A stretch of 64,000 nucleotides of DNA from Vicugna vicugna (lineage: Eukaryota), in assembly GCA_013265495.1 (NCBI GenBank), contig MU059523.1, forward strand, positions 7,941,503 to 8,005,502, given 5' to 3'. Each line of letters starts with the position of its first letter. The stretch's first letter is position 1. The notes below the pieces were generated by a model, which was given only the letters and a program-made list of their open reading frames with translations, was not told the origin of the DNA and did not search any database. A program made the translations under genes and the position numbers. Below, piece by piece: positions 62,016 through 64,000 of the stretch.

Positions 62016-63179
62016 AGGTTTTCACCCAGGACTTGATATATAACTGAAGGTACACCCAGAACTATTAGTGGCACTGAGACTACCATAAAGCGGATTTAAA
62101 CTATTCAAAACACTGAAACTGAACAGTTCTGAGCAGCCGGGGAGAAAAGGAGCGTATCATACATGGATGGAGGGAAAGGAAAGAGGAGAGCTCTTCAGAG
62201 AAAGCTGGGACAGGTACCAACTGGGAAGGAGAGGAAGTTCCTAGAGATCACTGAAGTCCAGCTTTGCAGTCTCAGAATTTTAACTAGACACAGCCACAGA
62301 GTAACTGGAGAGTGAAGATTGCAGATGACGGATGATGAATGCATCACAAAACAGTGGCTCTAACATAAAATTCCAAGCTTCTGAGTACCATCTTAAGTAT
62401 TTTTCTTAGAAAACTGTAGTTGTTCCTTTACTTCCTGGCCCATGTATTTTAGTTCACAGCGAAACAAAGATAATTTTTTATGATGACTTTACAATCTCTT
62501 CCCAGACTGCTGACAATGCAGTAGAGCCAGTACTCAGGTCACATGGTCTAGACTGAGGATGAAGAATACACTGATTTATCTGTCCCTCTGAATCTTCTAC
62601 ACCTGGAGGTGGCTCACTACTGAGGTTTGGACAAGGAATCCAGCAACTTTCATTTTGTGAGCCACTGGCAATATTCTAGGCAAAACTGGCATAGCAATCT
62701 AAGAAAAGAAGTACTTATTTCTATCTATTCCATGGATTTATTAGATTACAGACACTGTACAAAACACTTCTATACCTTTGATAATGGTACTCTGTTGGAA
62801 TATTCCCCCACTACCAGGTGGACTCTTCAATAAACCATTAATGTGTGTAAATCTCGAGAAAGTTAAAAAGGAAACAAAAACAACCACATTCAAGACAGAA
62901 ACTTCTGGCTTATGATGCAGATATCAAAATAAAATCACAGAGGAATCTGAAAAGGCCAACATCCTTTTGTTATATACTAGAGACAAGATACTCCATAGTA
63001 TCATCTAAAGTGGTACTAAGGAAGCTGCCTGGCCACAGAACCTCATAGTTCTGGGCATCACTTTTCTTATTAGTGCCACCACCTCTGACTTGTCTATAAA
63101 ACGCTCTCTCCAAGCTCTGAGAATCAATGATTCTTTGAGATGGTTTGCCAAGTGTGAGATCTTTATTAATTTGCCTTTT

Positions 63180-63440
63180 CTCATTTATCCAGTAAGTAAT
63201 TATTTAATATGAACTATCTAGGGGCTGAAGCAACGGTGAAAAATCAAGAAAGACAAAGTCCTTGCTTCCTTGGATCCTGAGTTCCTATAGAAGAGTGGAC
63301 AATTAAGTAAAAAGAGAAGACAAGACAAAAGAGTGATGTGTATACAACAAAATGGCTGATGTGATGGAGAATGACTGTGAGGGAATTAATTTAGATGAGG
63401 AGGTAACATCCATGAGACCTGAACAGTAAGAATGAGCCAG
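63180..63440 (-). mobile_element. L2 fragment
   Basis: catttatccagtaagtaattattt...aagacaaagtccttgcttcc...gaggtaacatccatgagacctgaac. Confidence 0.6.
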
Positions 63441-64000
63441 GTGTTTGTTGAAGGCATTTCAGCACTTTGTTTTCAGTGTATGAAAAAGATAAATCACCTA
63501 ATTTCTGCACAGAAATGGAAGTAGAAGAATGCTCTCAATAAAGCAGTGCTTTCAAAATATCCACAAGCTGAATTAATTTGCATATGCATGATATGAGTTT
63601 TTTGTAAGAGTCTTCAAAGGTCACACAAATGAAATTTTCTGCCATTTTACATCTTAGAGATCCTTCATATATAAAAACATTCCAACACACTGGAAAGAAA
63701 GACTGGAGAATAAAATGAATATAACATAATATAGACTTACTTGATTATGAGTGTACAATAATTTTTACATTCATAAATATTGCATTTTACTTTCTTTATT
63801 TTTAAGCCATAGGTTTTTTTGTATAAGTTTTTGAGAATTTGAAGTTTGATCTGTCCTTCACTTTTATACATTCCTGAGTACCCAGACTTGGGTTAGCAGA
63901 AATCATTGCCCTTAAGTATACATTAGCATCTCAAATTATGCAAAATACTTTCATAAAAATGAGCCTTCTGGACAATGAAGCATTTTAAGCTAAAAGTCTT

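Larger units (their letters stand above)
47857..64000 (-). other. HCN1: 3' part of HCN1 intron upstream of exon 6 (exon 5 not in window)
   Basis: No sequence encoding the preceding C-linker peptide (DFRQKIHDYYEHRYQGK...) was found in 47857-64000; the region is repeat-rich. Confidence 0.8.

Noticed and set aside
1-64000. CRISPR arrays, operons, rRNA/tRNA genes or other prokaryotic-type systems
   Set aside because: The sequence is a spliced mammalian gene locus; no regularly spaced repeat-spacer array or structural RNA gene was recognised.

Overview
Mammalian genomic DNA, AT-rich and rich in old eutherian repeats. It is probably laurasiatherian; a cetartiodactyl origin is a tentative guess from repeat content. 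The window holds the 3' part of HCN1 (hyperpolarization-activated cyclic nucleotide-gated channel 1) on the minus strand. Three coding exons are present: 47616-47856 (C-linker/CNBD, 148 of 241 nt are N), 16717-16881 (CNBD) and the terminal exon 12467-13487 ending in ...PRFASNL*. A long repeat-poor 3' region follows; upstream exons lie beyond 64000. The main anomaly is a near-perfect 161-bp tandem duplication (12575-12735 / 12736-12896, 160/161 identical) inside the last coding exon. As assembled it frameshifts HCN1 to ...IPPNPGFPP*, removes the C-terminal SNL motif, and leaves the native tail as a second ORF whose Kozak-context ATG overlaps the new stop (AUGA). An assembly artefact is the leading explanation, but a real allele cannot be excluded from sequence alone. 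The rest is intronic or flanking DNA with L2, MIR, old L1, hAT-Charlie MITEs and ERV/MaLR LTRs, plus four 128-148-nt N gaps. Repeat family names and boundaries come from visual recognition, not a database search, and are approximate unless a TSD is given. No prokaryotic-type features were seen.
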